Positions 36,829 to 46,684 of a stretch of DNA of 64,000 nt are shown piece after piece (position 1 is the stretch's first letter; each line of letters starts with the position of its first letter). Made by a program: the position numbers and the translations under genes. This stretch comes from Minisyncoccota bacterium (GTDB taxonomy: Bacteria > Patescibacteriota > Minisyncoccia > Phycocordibacterales > WO2-35-19). A model generated the notes under the pieces. The model saw only the letters and a list, made by a program, of their open reading frames with translations, made no database searches and was not told where the DNA came from. Location of the stretch: NCBI GenBank assembly GCA_036517255.1, contig DATDXE010000006.1, positions 8,023 to 72,022 on the forward strand, written 5' to 3'.

Positions 36829-38136
36829 ATGCAAAGAACTTATATAAAAGATTTGGGAAGTAAGATAGGAAGTGAGACACTGATTTGTGGCTGGGTTTCA
36901 GTGCGTCGCGATCAGGGTAAAATGGTATTTTTTGATATTAGGGATGGTTCTGGTTCAGTGCAATGCATCGTTTTGCCTGATAGCCAGGCTATTTTGGTTG
37001 CAAAAGAAATTAGTACTGAAAGCGCTGTCTCTATAGAAGGTATCGTCAACAAAAGGCCTGAAAAGAATATTCAGGCAGAAAAAGCTAATGGTGATTTAGA
37101 GTTGCAGATTGTGAAAATAGAAGTTTTAAACATGGCTCAAACATTACCATTTGAACTTGAAAGTGAGCTTAACTTGGACACCCTTCTGGATCATAGACCT
37201 CTTACGTTACGTAATGAACGCAGCCGAAATATTTTCCGGCTTCAAGCTACTATTGCCGAAGCTTATCGAAACTCATTACAGAAACAAGGATTCGTGGAAT
37301 TCCAAGCTCCAGCCATAGTGGGGGGCGATGCTGAAGGGGGAGCCGCAGCGTTTAAGGTCAATTATTATTACGATCAAACTGCCTACCTCGCTACCAGTCC
37401 TCAGTTCTACAAAGAGATTATGGTCAACGCTTTTGAAAGATCGTTTACTTTTGCAAAAATATTTAGGGCAGAAAAGCATGCTACTCCAAGGCATTTGAGC
37501 GAACTAACTCAGATGGACTTCGAAATGGGTTTTATCAAAGATCATCGCGATGTGATGAAAATTTTACATGACGTTATCGTTGATGTTGTGAAAGAGGTGG
37601 CAGAAAGACATGCCGATATCTTAAAATATTTCAGTGCGGAAATACCACAAGCCCCAGAAGAATTTCCTACTTTCACCTTGGCTGAAGCACAAGAAATAAT
37701 TTCGAAAGAATTTAATCGGACGATAGAAGATACAAGTGATATGTCTCCAGAAGATGAGAGGCAGATTTGTGAGTGGGCTAAAAAGAAATACGGTTCAGAC
37801 TTTGTATTTATTACTGATTATCCAGTAGAAAAAAGAGCATTTTATACTTATCAAAACAGAAGCTTCGACTTGATTTTTAGAGGTTTAGAAATAAATAGTG
37901 GTAGCCAGCGTATTCACGATTACAATGAAATGATAGAAAAGATGAAATCCAGAGGACTCGATCCAGAAAAATTTTCTTACTACTTGCAGGCTCATAAATA
38001 TGGCTTCCCGCCACACGGAGGTTCTTCCACTGGCCTCGAAAGAATCACGATGAAAATGCTTAACTTAGAAAATATCAGAGAAGCTACAGCTTTCCCTCGC
38101 GATATGAATCGGATTGATACTAGACTTTCAGAATAA
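36829..38136 (+). CDS. aspS: Aspartyl-tRNA synthetase, short archaeal-type (probably non-discriminating)
   Basis: OB fold, AEGGAAAF, SPQFYKE, FRAE, SGSQRIH, PPHGG..GLER, FPRD; ATG 36829 chosen. Confidence 0.9.
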   Translation: MQRTYIKDLGSKIGSETLICGWVSVRRDQGKMVFFDIRDGSGSVQCIVLPDSQAILVAKEISTESAVSIEGIVNKRPEKNIQAEKANGDLELQIVKIEVLNMAQTLPFELESELNLDTLLDHRPLTLRNERSRNIFRLQATIAEAYRNSLQKQGFVEFQAPAIVGGDAEGGAAAFKVNYYYDQTAYLATSPQFYKEIMVNAFERSFTFAKIFRAEKHATPRHLSELTQMDFEMGFIKDHRDVMKILHDVIVDVVKEVAERHADILKYFSAEIPQAPEEFPTFTLAEAQEIISKEFNRTIEDTSDMSPEDERQICEWAKKKYGSDFVFITDYPVEKRAFYTYQNRSFDLIFRGLEINSGSQRIHDYNEMIEKMKSRGLDPEKFSYYLQAHKYGFPPHGGSSTGLERITMKMLNLENIREATAFPRDMNRIDTRLSE

Positions 38137-38149
38137 ATTCTATACAAGC

Positions 38150-38290
38150 TAAAGGGCGGTGAGGGGACGAATCCCCGACACCGCCCAACCCTCCGCCACC
38201 CCGCTGGGGGGTGACACCGTCGAAACTGCGAATTGATGTAAGTTCTCTTCTTCAACCTGAGCCTCTGCTCTCTACCGGGAGCAGTTTCCT
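38150..38290 (-). ncRNA. Candidate structured ncRNA, family unknown
   Basis: TGCTATAAT upstream on the minus strand; several GC helices, a G-U pair and a UUCG loop on the minus strand; terminal hairpin plus TTT. Confidence 0.6.
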
Positions 38291-38334
38291 AGATCATTAT
38301 AGCATAGTTAGCAAAAAGCTTGTAAAATAAAACT

Positions 38335-39060
38335 GTGGAGACTGAATTTAAGATAAAATCGGGTGAATTTGAAGGGCCTCTTGAGCTACTCTTAGACCTT
38401 ATAGAAAAAAGGAAATTTCATATAAATGACTTATCTTTATCGCAAGTTGCCGATGAGTTTATAGAGCATACAAAATCATATGAAAATTTTCCTCTTGCTG
38501 ATTCAGCTGATTTTATACTGATTGCCTCGACCCTTCTTCTCATTAAATCAAAATCACTCTTACCCACCCTTGAACTGACCCAAGAGGAGAAGGGTAATAT
38601 CGAAGATTTGGAGAGAAGGCTTGTGCTAAATAAAAGATTTAAAGAATTATCTATTCACATAAGTAAACTTTTTGGAGAGGAGCCACTTTATTTTGCGAAT
38701 GAAAGTAGGTTAATTTATAAAGTTTTTCATCCGACTCAAGAAGTTACATCAAATAACCTGCTACTTTCGATTCGTAGTGTGCTTTCAAATATCCCGAAAG
38801 TAGAATTTATCCCGAAAGTGATAGTGCAGAAAATAATCAGCCTGGAAGAGACCATAGCTAGCCTTACTGACAGGATACAAAAAAGCATCAGAATGAGTTT
38901 TAAAAGCTTCGCTGGCAAGGAAGATAAAGTGACAATGATCGTAAGCTTCCTCGCTATGCTTGAACTTGTAAAACAAGGGGTAGTCCGGGTCAATCAACAA
39001 GCCCACTTCGCTGACATCGAAATCGAGTCGGAATCCATCGGGGTTCCTACATACCATTAG
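38335..39060 (+). CDS. scpA: Segregation and condensation protein A
   Basis: FEGPLELLL.LI, IKSKSLLP, FLAMLEL. Confidence 0.95.
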   Translation: METEFKIKSGEFEGPLELLLDLIEKRKFHINDLSLSQVADEFIEHTKSYENFPLADSADFILIASTLLLIKSKSLLPTLELTQEEKGNIEDLERRLVLNKRFKELSIHISKLFGEEPLYFANESRLIYKVFHPTQEVTSNNLLLSIRSVLSNIPKVEFIPKVIVQKIISLEETIASLTDRIQKSIRMSFKSFAGKEDKVTMIVSFLAMLELVKQGVVRVNQQAHFADIEIESESIGVPTYH

Positions 39061-39092
39061 GAAATTTACGATTTTTAATTTAGAATTCTGAA

Positions 39093-39641
39093 ATGGAAAT
39101 AGAGGCAAAAATTGAGGCAGTGTTGTTTAAGAAGAATGGGCCTGTGGAGATACGGGAGCTTTGCAGTATTTTGGATGTTAAAGAAAATGAGGTAATAGAT
39201 GGGCTTCATAAGTTGAAAGAGAATTTGGAAGGCAGAGGCGTTACTCTCCTTGAAAATTCGACAGAATATTCCCTGGTAACTTCAAAACAAGCCTCTCCTA
39301 TAATAGAGAAGATGGTCAAGGATGAGATAGGTAAGGACTTAGGTAAAGCTGGGCTGGAAACTCTTTCCATAGTTTTATACAAAGGGCCAATTGCTCGAAA
39401 GGAAATCGATTATATAAGAGGAGTCAATTCTACCTTTATCCTGCGTTCACTCATGGTTCGTGGATTAGTCGAACGTACGGAAAGTAGGGAAGGCTCTAGA
39501 GGGCCTCTTTATAAAACCACAAGCGAGCTTCTTTCTTTCCTGGGATTAAGTAAAATAGATGATCTGCCTGAATATGATCAAGTAAAAAAAGAAATAGACG
39601 AAGTTTCTAAAAAAGAAAACTCAATAAACACGGAAGAATAA
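39093..39641 (+). CDS. scpB: Segregation and condensation protein B
   Basis: IEAVLF, LETLSIV.Y..P, IRGVNS, Y.TT..L..LGL. Confidence 0.95.
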   Translation: MEIEAKIEAVLFKKNGPVEIRELCSILDVKENEVIDGLHKLKENLEGRGVTLLENSTEYSLVTSKQASPIIEKMVKDEIGKDLGKAGLETLSIVLYKGPIARKEIDYIRGVNSTFILRSLMVRGLVERTESREGSRGPLYKTTSELLSFLGLSKIDDLPEYDQVKKEIDEVSKKENSINTEE

Positions 39642-39657
39642 AACATAGAAAATAAAC

Positions 39658-40614
39658 ATGAAAGATAAAATACTGGATATAAACTGGAGGACTAATATTT
39701 TTGAAAGGGCTCTTATTCTTGCGTGCCTTATATCGATAGCTCTCTATTCCATGCTTTTGATAGGTTTCCGATCTTTAAGTATTCCACACAAAAATTCTGA
39801 GAAAGTATCTATCGATTATTTTCATGGTGTGGAAATAGAAGCAAGAAGTGCTTTTGTGTGGGACGTGCTCGCAGGTAGATCTCTTTTTGAAAAAAATGCT
39901 AACGAGGCATTACCTTTAGCATCACTGACAAAAGTGATGACAGCTGTTACTCTCGCTCAAAATTCATTAGATGATAAAAAAATTACCATAGAGCTTGAGG
40001 ACCTTTCTCCGGAAGGCGACTCTTTGCTCAAAGTTTCAAGTTCTTGGAATATCAGAAGCCTTATCGACTACGTTCTCCTCGTATCATCAAACGATGGGGC
40101 GCACGCTTTGGCTGCGTCCATGGGAGCGATTGGAAATTTACGAACGGTAGACAATAGAGAAATCACGAGGAGGAATTTTATTGGTAGTATGAATAGGCTC
40201 TCTCAAGAACTCGGCTTATCCAGCATGACTTTCAAAAACGAACACGGTTTGGATATAGGAGAAAATGAAAGCGGGGCATATGGCTCAGCCCGCGACGTAG
40301 CGCTACTATTTGAATACGCAATAAAAAAATACCCACATGTGCTCGAGGCTACTCGTTATCCTTTACTTTCTATTCGCGATTTGAGTAATGATTTTTACAA
40401 TGCTGAAAATACGAATGAAATAATAAATTCTGTTCCTTCGCCCATCGCCTCGAAGACTGGATATACAAAATTGGCTGGAGGAAACTTGGTGATGGCTTAC
40501 GACGCTGGGTTGGGGCACCCTATCGTCATCTCCGTTCTCGGCTCTACCCAAGAAGGCCGTTTTAGTGATATGCTGAAATTAATAGAAGCCAGTCAGAAGT
40601 ATTTGATTCAATAA
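39658..40614 (+). CDS. D-Ala-D-Ala carboxypeptidase (S11)
   Basis: ASLTK (SxxK), SSN, HGL, KTG; N-terminal TM. Confidence 0.9.
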   Translation: MKDKILDINWRTNIFERALILACLISIALYSMLLIGFRSLSIPHKNSEKVSIDYFHGVEIEARSAFVWDVLAGRSLFEKNANEALPLASLTKVMTAVTLAQNSLDDKKITIELEDLSPEGDSLLKVSSSWNIRSLIDYVLLVSSNDGAHALAASMGAIGNLRTVDNREITRRNFIGSMNRLSQELGLSSMTFKNEHGLDIGENESGAYGSARDVALLFEYAIKKYPHVLEATRYPLLSIRDLSNDFYNAENTNEIINSVPSPIASKTGYTKLAGGNLVMAYDAGLGHPIVISVLGSTQEGRFSDMLKLIEASQKYLIQ

Positions 40615-40618
40615 AGCC

Positions 40619-41701
40619 ATGATAATAGATATAGTCAAAATTTTTCTACCAGCAGTCTCTGCTTTCGTGGTAGGCATCTTGATCACTCCACCTCTCACCG
40701 ATTTTCTCTATAAACATAAAATGTGGAAGAAGAGGAGTGTTCAGAAAACTATCGATGGGAGAGAAGCGACCATATCAGCCTCACTACATAAAGATGAAGA
40801 GAAAAAGACTCCTCGTATGGGTGGCATAGTGGTGTGGGGTTCGACCCTTATTACGGTCATGGTTATTTGGTTGCTGGCTCGATTTGTGGCTACAGAAACT
40901 TTTATAAATCTAGACTTCCTTTCTCGTAGTCAAACTTGGGTACCTCTTATCGCCCTTATTTTTGGTGCTCTTGTCGGCCTTATTGATGATTATTTAGTAA
41001 CTCGAGAGGTTCCCGCTGGAAGTTATATAGGAGGGGGGCTTTCTCTGACTAAAAGACTTTCTGTGGTAGGGCTCATCGCTTTACTTTGTGCATCGTGGTT
41101 TTATTTCAAACTTGATGTCAGTACTCTTGGAATGCCTGAAATATTTCCACCTATTTATTTAGGTGCCTTTTTCATTCCATTTTTTATATTAGTTATAATG
41201 GCCATTTACGCTGGGGGAGTGATCGATGGCATTGATGGTCTTTCTGGGGGGGTATTTGCCGCCATGTTTTCTGCTTATGCTGGCATCGCTTTCTACCAAC
41301 AACAATACGATCTTGCTGCCTTCTGTGCCACGGTTTTAGGAGGGATTTTGGCTTTTCTTTGGTTCAATATCCCTCCTGCTAGATATTATATGTCGGACAC
41401 TGGTATGATGGGACTTACCATTACTCTCGGTATTGTGGCTTTTATGACTGATTCTCTTGGCGATGGTTACGGAGTCATAGTATTGCCTATTATCGCTCTG
41501 CCTCTTGTAGTCACTGTGGCTTCGGACATCATTCAAATTCTTTCTAAAAAATTAAGGAACGGTAAAAAAGTTTTTCTAGTGGCTCCTATCCACCACCATT
41601 TCGAAGCCATCGGCTGGCCTTCCTATAAAGTAGTCATGCGCTACTGGGTCTTCTCTGTCATCTGTGCCATTTTGGGTGTTACTATTGCTATAATAGGTTA
41701 A
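40619..41701 (+). CDS. mraY: Phospho-MurNAc-pentapeptide transferase
   Basis: TPRMGG, GLIDD, DGIDGL, APIHHHFE. Confidence 0.95.
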   Translation: MIIDIVKIFLPAVSAFVVGILITPPLTDFLYKHKMWKKRSVQKTIDGREATISASLHKDEEKKTPRMGGIVVWGSTLITVMVIWLLARFVATETFINLDFLSRSQTWVPLIALIFGALVGLIDDYLVTREVPAGSYIGGGLSLTKRLSVVGLIALLCASWFYFKLDVSTLGMPEIFPPIYLGAFFIPFFILVIMAIYAGGVIDGIDGLSGGVFAAMFSAYAGIAFYQQQYDLAAFCATVLGGILAFLWFNIPPARYYMSDTGMMGLTITLGIVAFMTDSLGDGYGVIVLPIIALPLVVTVASDIIQILSKKLRNGKKVFLVAPIHHHFEAIGWPSYKVVMRYWVFSVICAILGVTIAIIG

Positions 41702-42807
41702 TGAATTTTTGTGCCGGTAAAGTAGACAAATCTTTTTTAGGGATTACCGCACTTTTGGTAGTGCTTGGTTTTTTTATATTTAGTTCAGCCAGTTTGGGAG
41801 TGCTTGCCAGTAACCAAATAAAATTTTCGAGTGTCGCTTTCAATCAAACCTTTTTCGGAATATTCCTGGGTTCGATCGCTTGTCTCATATTTTCAAAAAT
41901 CGATTATAAGTTATACAGAAAAAATGCTTTTATCCTTTTCGCTCTTTCTATCGTTCTTACTCTCCTTGTATTTGTGCCTAGCATTGGCCTTTCCCATGGT
42001 GGGGCTACTCGTTGGATCGATCTCGGCTTTATATCCTTCCAACCTTCAGAACTTTTGAAAATAGGTTTCGTTATTTACCTTGCAGCTTTCATTTCTAAAG
42101 CTAAAGATAGGATCAAAACTCTAAATGGTGGGCTCCTACCATTTTTTGCGATACTGGCTGTTGCAGGAGCGGTACTCCTTGCTCAACCAGACACTGATAC
42201 TTATGCAGTGATGATATTTGCTGGTCTCGCTATGTTTATCGTGGGTGGAGGCAAATGGTCGCATATTATAGCGGTCGGCCTCATAGGTGTCCTCGGTATA
42301 GCGACAGTAGCCTACATGAGGCCTTATGTGAAAGAAAGGATCATGACGTTTATTGATCCGGGAGCCAACTCACTTACAAGCGGCTATCAAATTCAACAAT
42401 CACTCATCGCTGTAGGCTCGGGAGGAGTGGTCGGGAAAGGATTTGGTAAGAGTATTCAAAAATTTTCATATCTACCCGAACCTATCGGTGATTCTATTTT
42501 TGCTGTGGCAGCGGAAGAGTTTGGCTTTATCGGAGCTTCCATCATCATTATTATGTTCGTATTTTTCTGTTTCAAGGGGCTGAAAATAGCCGCAAGGGCT
42601 CCAGATGCTTTCGGTGGACTCTTGGCTGTCGGCATTGTTATACTTATCATGTCCCAGATGTTTGTAAATGTGGGTGGGATGATAGGACTCCTACCTCTCA
42701 CCGGTATCCCGCTACCTTTTATAAGCCACGGGGGTACAGCCCTTTTTATCACCCTTGTAGAAGCTGGAATAATTATGAATATTTCAAGAAACAGCAAGAG
42801 GATATAA
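41701..42807 (+). CDS. ftsW: SEDS glycosyltransferase FtsW
   Basis: GATRWI, FQPSELLK, QPD, GYQ..QS, EEFG, LPFISHGG; between mraY and murG. Confidence 0.92.
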   Translation: MNFCAGKVDKSFLGITALLVVLGFFIFSSASLGVLASNQIKFSSVAFNQTFFGIFLGSIACLIFSKIDYKLYRKNAFILFALSIVLTLLVFVPSIGLSHGGATRWIDLGFISFQPSELLKIGFVIYLAAFISKAKDRIKTLNGGLLPFFAILAVAGAVLLAQPDTDTYAVMIFAGLAMFIVGGGKWSHIIAVGLIGVLGIATVAYMRPYVKERIMTFIDPGANSLTSGYQIQQSLIAVGSGGVVGKGFGKSIQKFSYLPEPIGDSIFAVAAEEFGFIGASIIIIMFVFFCFKGLKIAARAPDAFGGLLAVGIVILIMSQMFVNVGGMIGLLPLTGIPLPFISHGGTALFITLVEAGIIMNISRNSKRI

Positions 42808-42831
42808 AAAAATGGCATTAAAAAAAATACA

Positions 42832-43977
42832 ATGAAAATAATTTTTACAGGTGGGGGAACAGGTGGACATTTCTATCCGATCATAGCTATCGCTCAAGCA
42901 GTGCATAAAATTTCCAAAGAGAATAAGTTGCTAGAACCTGATATGTATTTTTTTGCTCCCAGCCCATACAATCCAGGCCTTTTGTATGACAACGATATTA
43001 ATTACAGAAAAACTACTTCAGGTAAAATACGCCGGTACTTCTCCTTTCTTAATATAATCGATTTTTTCAAAATGGGATGGGGAGCCGTGTCTACTCTTTT
43101 TGATGTGTTTGATGTCTATCCCGATGTGGTTTTTGGCAAAGGCGGGTACGGCAGTTTTCCTACACTTTTGGCCGCTAGGATTTTACGTATACCTGTAGTT
43201 ATACACGAGTCAGATAGCGTGCCCGGCAGAGTCAATAAATGGGCTGGAAAATTTGCCGCTAGAGTGGCCCTCTCTTGGCTAGAGGCGGCAAAATATTTTC
43301 CCGAAGCAGTAAAAAGGGGGCGAGTAGTACACACGGGTCAGCCAATAAGGGACGTTATCTTAGAACCAGCGACAAATGGAGCCCATAGGTTTTTTGAATT
43401 AGAAGAAAGTGTTCCGACTATCGTGATACGCGGTGGATCAAGTGGGGCTGAGATGATAAACAATGTGATCATGGATGCGCTACCTCAACTTGTAGAAAAT
43501 TATCAAGTAATACATCAGACTGGGCAAAATAATTTTAAGGTAGTAAAAGAAACAGCCGATGCCATACTTTTAAATAATCGTCACAGAGAGAGGTATAAAC
43601 CATTTGCTTATTTCAACCAACTGGAAGAACAAATGTCGGCTGGAGCGGCTACTCTCGTCATTTCTCGAGCTGGCTCTACTATTTTTGAAATCGCTGCTTG
43701 GGGCAAACCTTCGATCATCATACCTATTACTGATTCAAACGGTGATCATCAATTAAACAACGCGCTCTCCTATGCAGGAAGTGGAGCGGCAAGTGTGATA
43801 GAAGAAGCCAATCTCACTTCTCACGTATTTTTTGGTGAGATCAAAAGAATCATAGACGATCAAGTCTTGAGAAGTAAAATGGCAGAAAAGGCTAAAGCTT
43901 TTTTCAAACCTGAGGCAGATAGAGCTGTGGCCAAAGAACTACTCGCGATTGCTCTTTCTCATGAGGAATTGGGATGA
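42832..43977 (+). CDS. murG: UDP-GlcNAc:lipid I transferase
   Basis: GGGTGGHFYP, GKGGY, HESD, GGSSG, SRAG, HQ..NA. Confidence 0.95.
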   Translation: MKIIFTGGGTGGHFYPIIAIAQAVHKISKENKLLEPDMYFFAPSPYNPGLLYDNDINYRKTTSGKIRRYFSFLNIIDFFKMGWGAVSTLFDVFDVYPDVVFGKGGYGSFPTLLAARILRIPVVIHESDSVPGRVNKWAGKFAARVALSWLEAAKYFPEAVKRGRVVHTGQPIRDVILEPATNGAHRFFELEESVPTIVIRGGSSGAEMINNVIMDALPQLVENYQVIHQTGQNNFKVVKETADAILLNNRHRERYKPFAYFNQLEEQMSAGAATLVISRAGSTIFEIAAWGKPSIIIPITDSNGDHQLNNALSYAGSGAASVIEEANLTSHVFFGEIKRIIDDQVLRSKMAEKAKAFFKPEADRAVAKELLAIALSHEELG

Positions 43978-44741
43978 TTTTTAATATTTATAAACAACGA
44001 GGGGAAACCCCTCTGGAAGCTCTCCAAAAGCTCAAGGCGGCCAAGCCAGAACTAAAGGGGGAGAAGATGACATATTTAGGCAGACTCGACCCTATGGCAG
44101 AGGGGGTACTCCTTATTGCTACAGGCCTGGATACAGAACAAAAAAGGAAGGAAGAATTTTTGAGCTTAGACAAAGAGTACGACTTCACCGTACTTTTTGG
44201 TTTTTCCAGTGATACTTATGACATATTGGGGGAGATTAAAGAAATTTTGCCAGTCATAGATTTAAGTGAGAGTGAAATAATAAAAGTAATACAGATTTAT
44301 GTGGGCGAGAGAGATCAAAAATATCCTCCCTTTTCGTCGAAGACGGTGGGGGGACGAGCTCTGCACGAATGGGCACGGATCGCTGAGCTAGATAAAATAG
44401 TAATTCCTTCTCGAAAAATTACTATTCACAAAATTAATTTCAAAGGTTTACAAAAATTGTTACCGAAAGAACTTTTAGGCCGCCTCCTCATGGATATTTC
44501 AAAAGTAAAAGGGGATTTTCGTCAGCATGTAGCCCTAGTGTTGTGGAAAAAGTTTTTAGAAAATTATCATGGTTCTTTGTACATGGGAAGTTTCAGTGCC
44601 CATGTATCTTCTGGTACTTATATTCGCAGTATCGTAAACGACCTCGGCAACACTCTAGGCTGTGGTGCCTGTGCTCTTAGTATCACGAGGACTCGCGTAG
44701 GGGATTATAAAATTGAGGAAAGCCTATCTCTCAATGAATAA
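43974..44741 (+). CDS. truB: TruB-like pseudouridine synthase
   Basis: GRLDPMAEGVL catalytic Asp, KEY, SSGTYIRS, RTRVG. Confidence 0.8.
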   Translation: MIFNIYKQRGETPLEALQKLKAAKPELKGEKMTYLGRLDPMAEGVLLIATGLDTEQKRKEEFLSLDKEYDFTVLFGFSSDTYDILGEIKEILPVIDLSESEIIKVIQIYVGERDQKYPPFSSKTVGGRALHEWARIAELDKIVIPSRKITIHKINFKGLQKLLPKELLGRLLMDISKVKGDFRQHVALVLWKKFLENYHGSLYMGSFSAHVSSGTYIRSIVNDLGNTLGCGACALSITRTRVGDYKIEESLSLNE

Positions 44742-44773
44742 ATATGAGATAGTATAAGTGGAAGGAATGCACT

Positions 44774-44959
44774 ATGTTAAACAGGATTCGAAAGTTTCTA
44801 TCTTTTCTTTCAGGAGAAGTTAATCCTGAAAAGAAAAGGAAGGAGCTTGAGCAGTGGGAAGTAGATCGGAAAGAGTCCTTTCTCGCTGAATGGAATCGGA
44901 GTCAGGAACCAGAAGCCGAGACCACCTACGAAAGATATACGAGGAGGAAGCATGAATAA
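44774..44959 (+). CDS. 61-aa hypothetical protein
   Basis: GAAGGA SD, amphipathic N-terminus, charged tail, hairpin right after the stop. Confidence 0.55.
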   Translation: MLNRIRKFLSFLSGEVNPEKKRKELEQWEVDRKESFLAEWNRSQEPEAETTYERYTRRKHE

Positions 44960-44963
44960 GACC

Positions 44964-44998
44964 ACGGCTCGGGACAGTTTTCATACTGCCCGAGCCGT
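44964..44998. terminator. GC hairpin between convergent genes
   Basis: ACGGCTCGGG/CCCGAGCCGT stem. Confidence 0.6.
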
Positions 44999-45720
44999 TA
45001 GAGTTTAAGTTTGCTGTCGAGAAGCACTTCGGCCGGTACTCTTTTCCGACCGATTAGACTTGCGATGAGATCCGCGATTAATTCGGGCTGTACGGCCTTT
45101 CGTTTTTTCACTTCCGTGTTCAGCAGATCAGCTGCTTCCGGAGTGTTAACGATCGCTGGTTGGATGTCGATTACCGTCACCCCCATTTCTCGAAGTTCGT
45201 GCCTGAGTGCGAGGATAAACTGCCTGGCTGCGGCTTTCATCGCAGCATAGCTCAAGTTGCCAAGAAGCCAAGGTCTTATCGCCGCGTGAGATGAAATGTT
45301 AGCGATTAGCCCGAAGCCTTGGCGCCGGAAAAATTCCTGGGCCATAAACCCAACGACATAGGAAGGCAGGAATATCGAACGGAAAAGCTTCTCCGCTGAT
45401 TCTAGAGCCTCTTCGACAGAATTACGGAGCGACAACCGCTCCCATGTGCCTGCAGATATCACTACACAGTGAACTTCTTTGAATCTATCCTGCGCTAATT
45501 GAAATAAGCGCCTAACATCAGAGATTTGTGTAGCATCGGCTTGCACAACAAGAACTCTATCGGAACTAAGTTCGCCCTCGAGTAGTTTCAGCTTATCCAT
45601 ACCACGTGCTGCGAGCACCACGTTTGCCCCGAGCTGGTGAAAAACTCGGGACAAAACCCTGCCGATGCCACCTGTAGCACCGACTACAATTACAGTTTTG
45701 CCTTCGAGTCTTTTTTTCAT
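44998..45720 (-). CDS. Short-chain dehydrogenase/reductase
   Basis: GATGGIG, NISS, YAAMK. Confidence 0.9.
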   Translation of the reverse strand: MKKRLEGKTVIVVGATGGIGRVLSRVFHQLGANVVLAARGMDKLKLLEGELSSDRVLVVQADATQISDVRRLFQLAQDRFKEVHCVVISAGTWERLSLRNSVEEALESAEKLFRSIFLPSYVVGFMAQEFFRRQGFGLIANISSHAAIRPWLLGNLSYAAMKAAARQFILALRHELREMGVTVIDIQPAIVNTPEAADLLNTEVKKRKAVQPELIADLIASLIGRKRVPAEVLLDSKLKL

Positions 45721-46166
45721 GAAAGGACTTCCTCCACTATTCGTTTTACCACATTTCCATCAGCCTGTCCCGCTGTTTCTTTCATTACCGCTCCCATCAG
45801 TTGTCCTGCTTTAGATTTATCGGTTATCCCTAATTTCTCCATTTTTTCTATCACGATTTTCCTGACAGCATCTTCTCCCATTTGAGCGGGGAGGTATTCT
45901 TCCAGTATCTTCATTTCGGCTCTCTCATTTTCAGCCAAATCATTCCTACCTCCTTTTTCAAATTGTTCTATCGAATCTTTCCTTTGTTTGACTAATCGGC
46001 GAAGTACAACTATCGCTTCGTCATCGGAAAGCTTGTCTTGCGGTGTCCGTTTTAGAGCCACTGACTCGTTTGTAAAAGCGGCTAAGACTCCGCGTAAGGT
46101 AGTAAGCCTTAGTGTATCTCTTGCTCGCATAGCATCTTTTATTTGTTCTTGTATTTTTTCTTGCAT
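45717..46166 (-). CDS. GatB/YqeY domain protein
   Basis: KDAMRARD, KQRKDSIEQF..GGR.DL, YLP.Q, G.ADG. Confidence 0.92.
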   Translation of the reverse strand: MQEKIQEQIKDAMRARDTLRLTTLRGVLAAFTNESVALKRTPQDKLSDDEAIVVLRRLVKQRKDSIEQFEKGGRNDLAENERAEMKILEEYLPAQMGEDAVRKIVIEKMEKLGITDKSKAGQLMGAVMKETAGQADGNVVKRIVEEVLS

Positions 46167-46258
46167 TACAGAATTCTATCAATTATTTTCTATCCCCACA
46201 ATTCTTTGATTTTTATCTCGATCGGTCTTAATGTACAAAAACAGGAGGTCTTTCTTCA

Positions 46259-46624
46259 GTGCTCAAGCTATTACCCGACACTACGTCCGTCGTTCTTCGC
46301 GCAGGTAGCGCAAACATAAGCTTGGGTCTTCACCCATTGCTTCGAATCCACAGCATGCATTTTGATCAAGAAAAACGGTTGGGTCACGCTGGCGCGATAC
46401 TTCTGGTGCACCACCTGAACACTGGTGCCGCGACTAATCCTCTGATCTGGCAACAGGATCTACCGGTAGTGGTTCTCGATCCGGTGAAGAAGGGTGAGGC
46501 TATTAGCTTTCCCGTTATCTATCGGAGGAAGAGCAAGTTCCTTTGGAGATATCGCTGGAAAATCGAAATGGTTCCTCTGGAAAAAGGGATTCGTAGCGAC
46601 TACCTGATCGCATTTGTTACCTGA
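46259..46624 (+). CDS. 121-aa hypothetical protein
   Basis: AGGAGGT SD before GTG, TTGATT-17-TAATGT upstream, GCAA-loop hairpin at 46625-46648. Confidence 0.6.
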   Translation: MLKLLPDTTSVVLRAGSANISLGLHPLLRIHSMHFDQEKRLGHAGAILLVHHLNTGAATNPLIWQQDLPVVVLDPVKKGEAISFPVIYRRKSKFLWRYRWKIEMVPLEKGIRSDYLIAFVT

Positions 46625-46684
46625 CGGGGCGAGCGCAAGCTCGTCCCGCCAAGACTTCTGTCCCAAAATTTGTATAATGTGTAC

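Noticed and set aside
37992-38255. 87-aa minus-strand ORF
   Set aside because: TTG start, runs through GC hairpins and antisense into aspS; better explained by RNA structure
38150-38290. tRNA or SRP RNA
   Set aside because: No cloverleaf, T-loop or CCA; the SRP helix-8 GGAA tetraloop motif is not present
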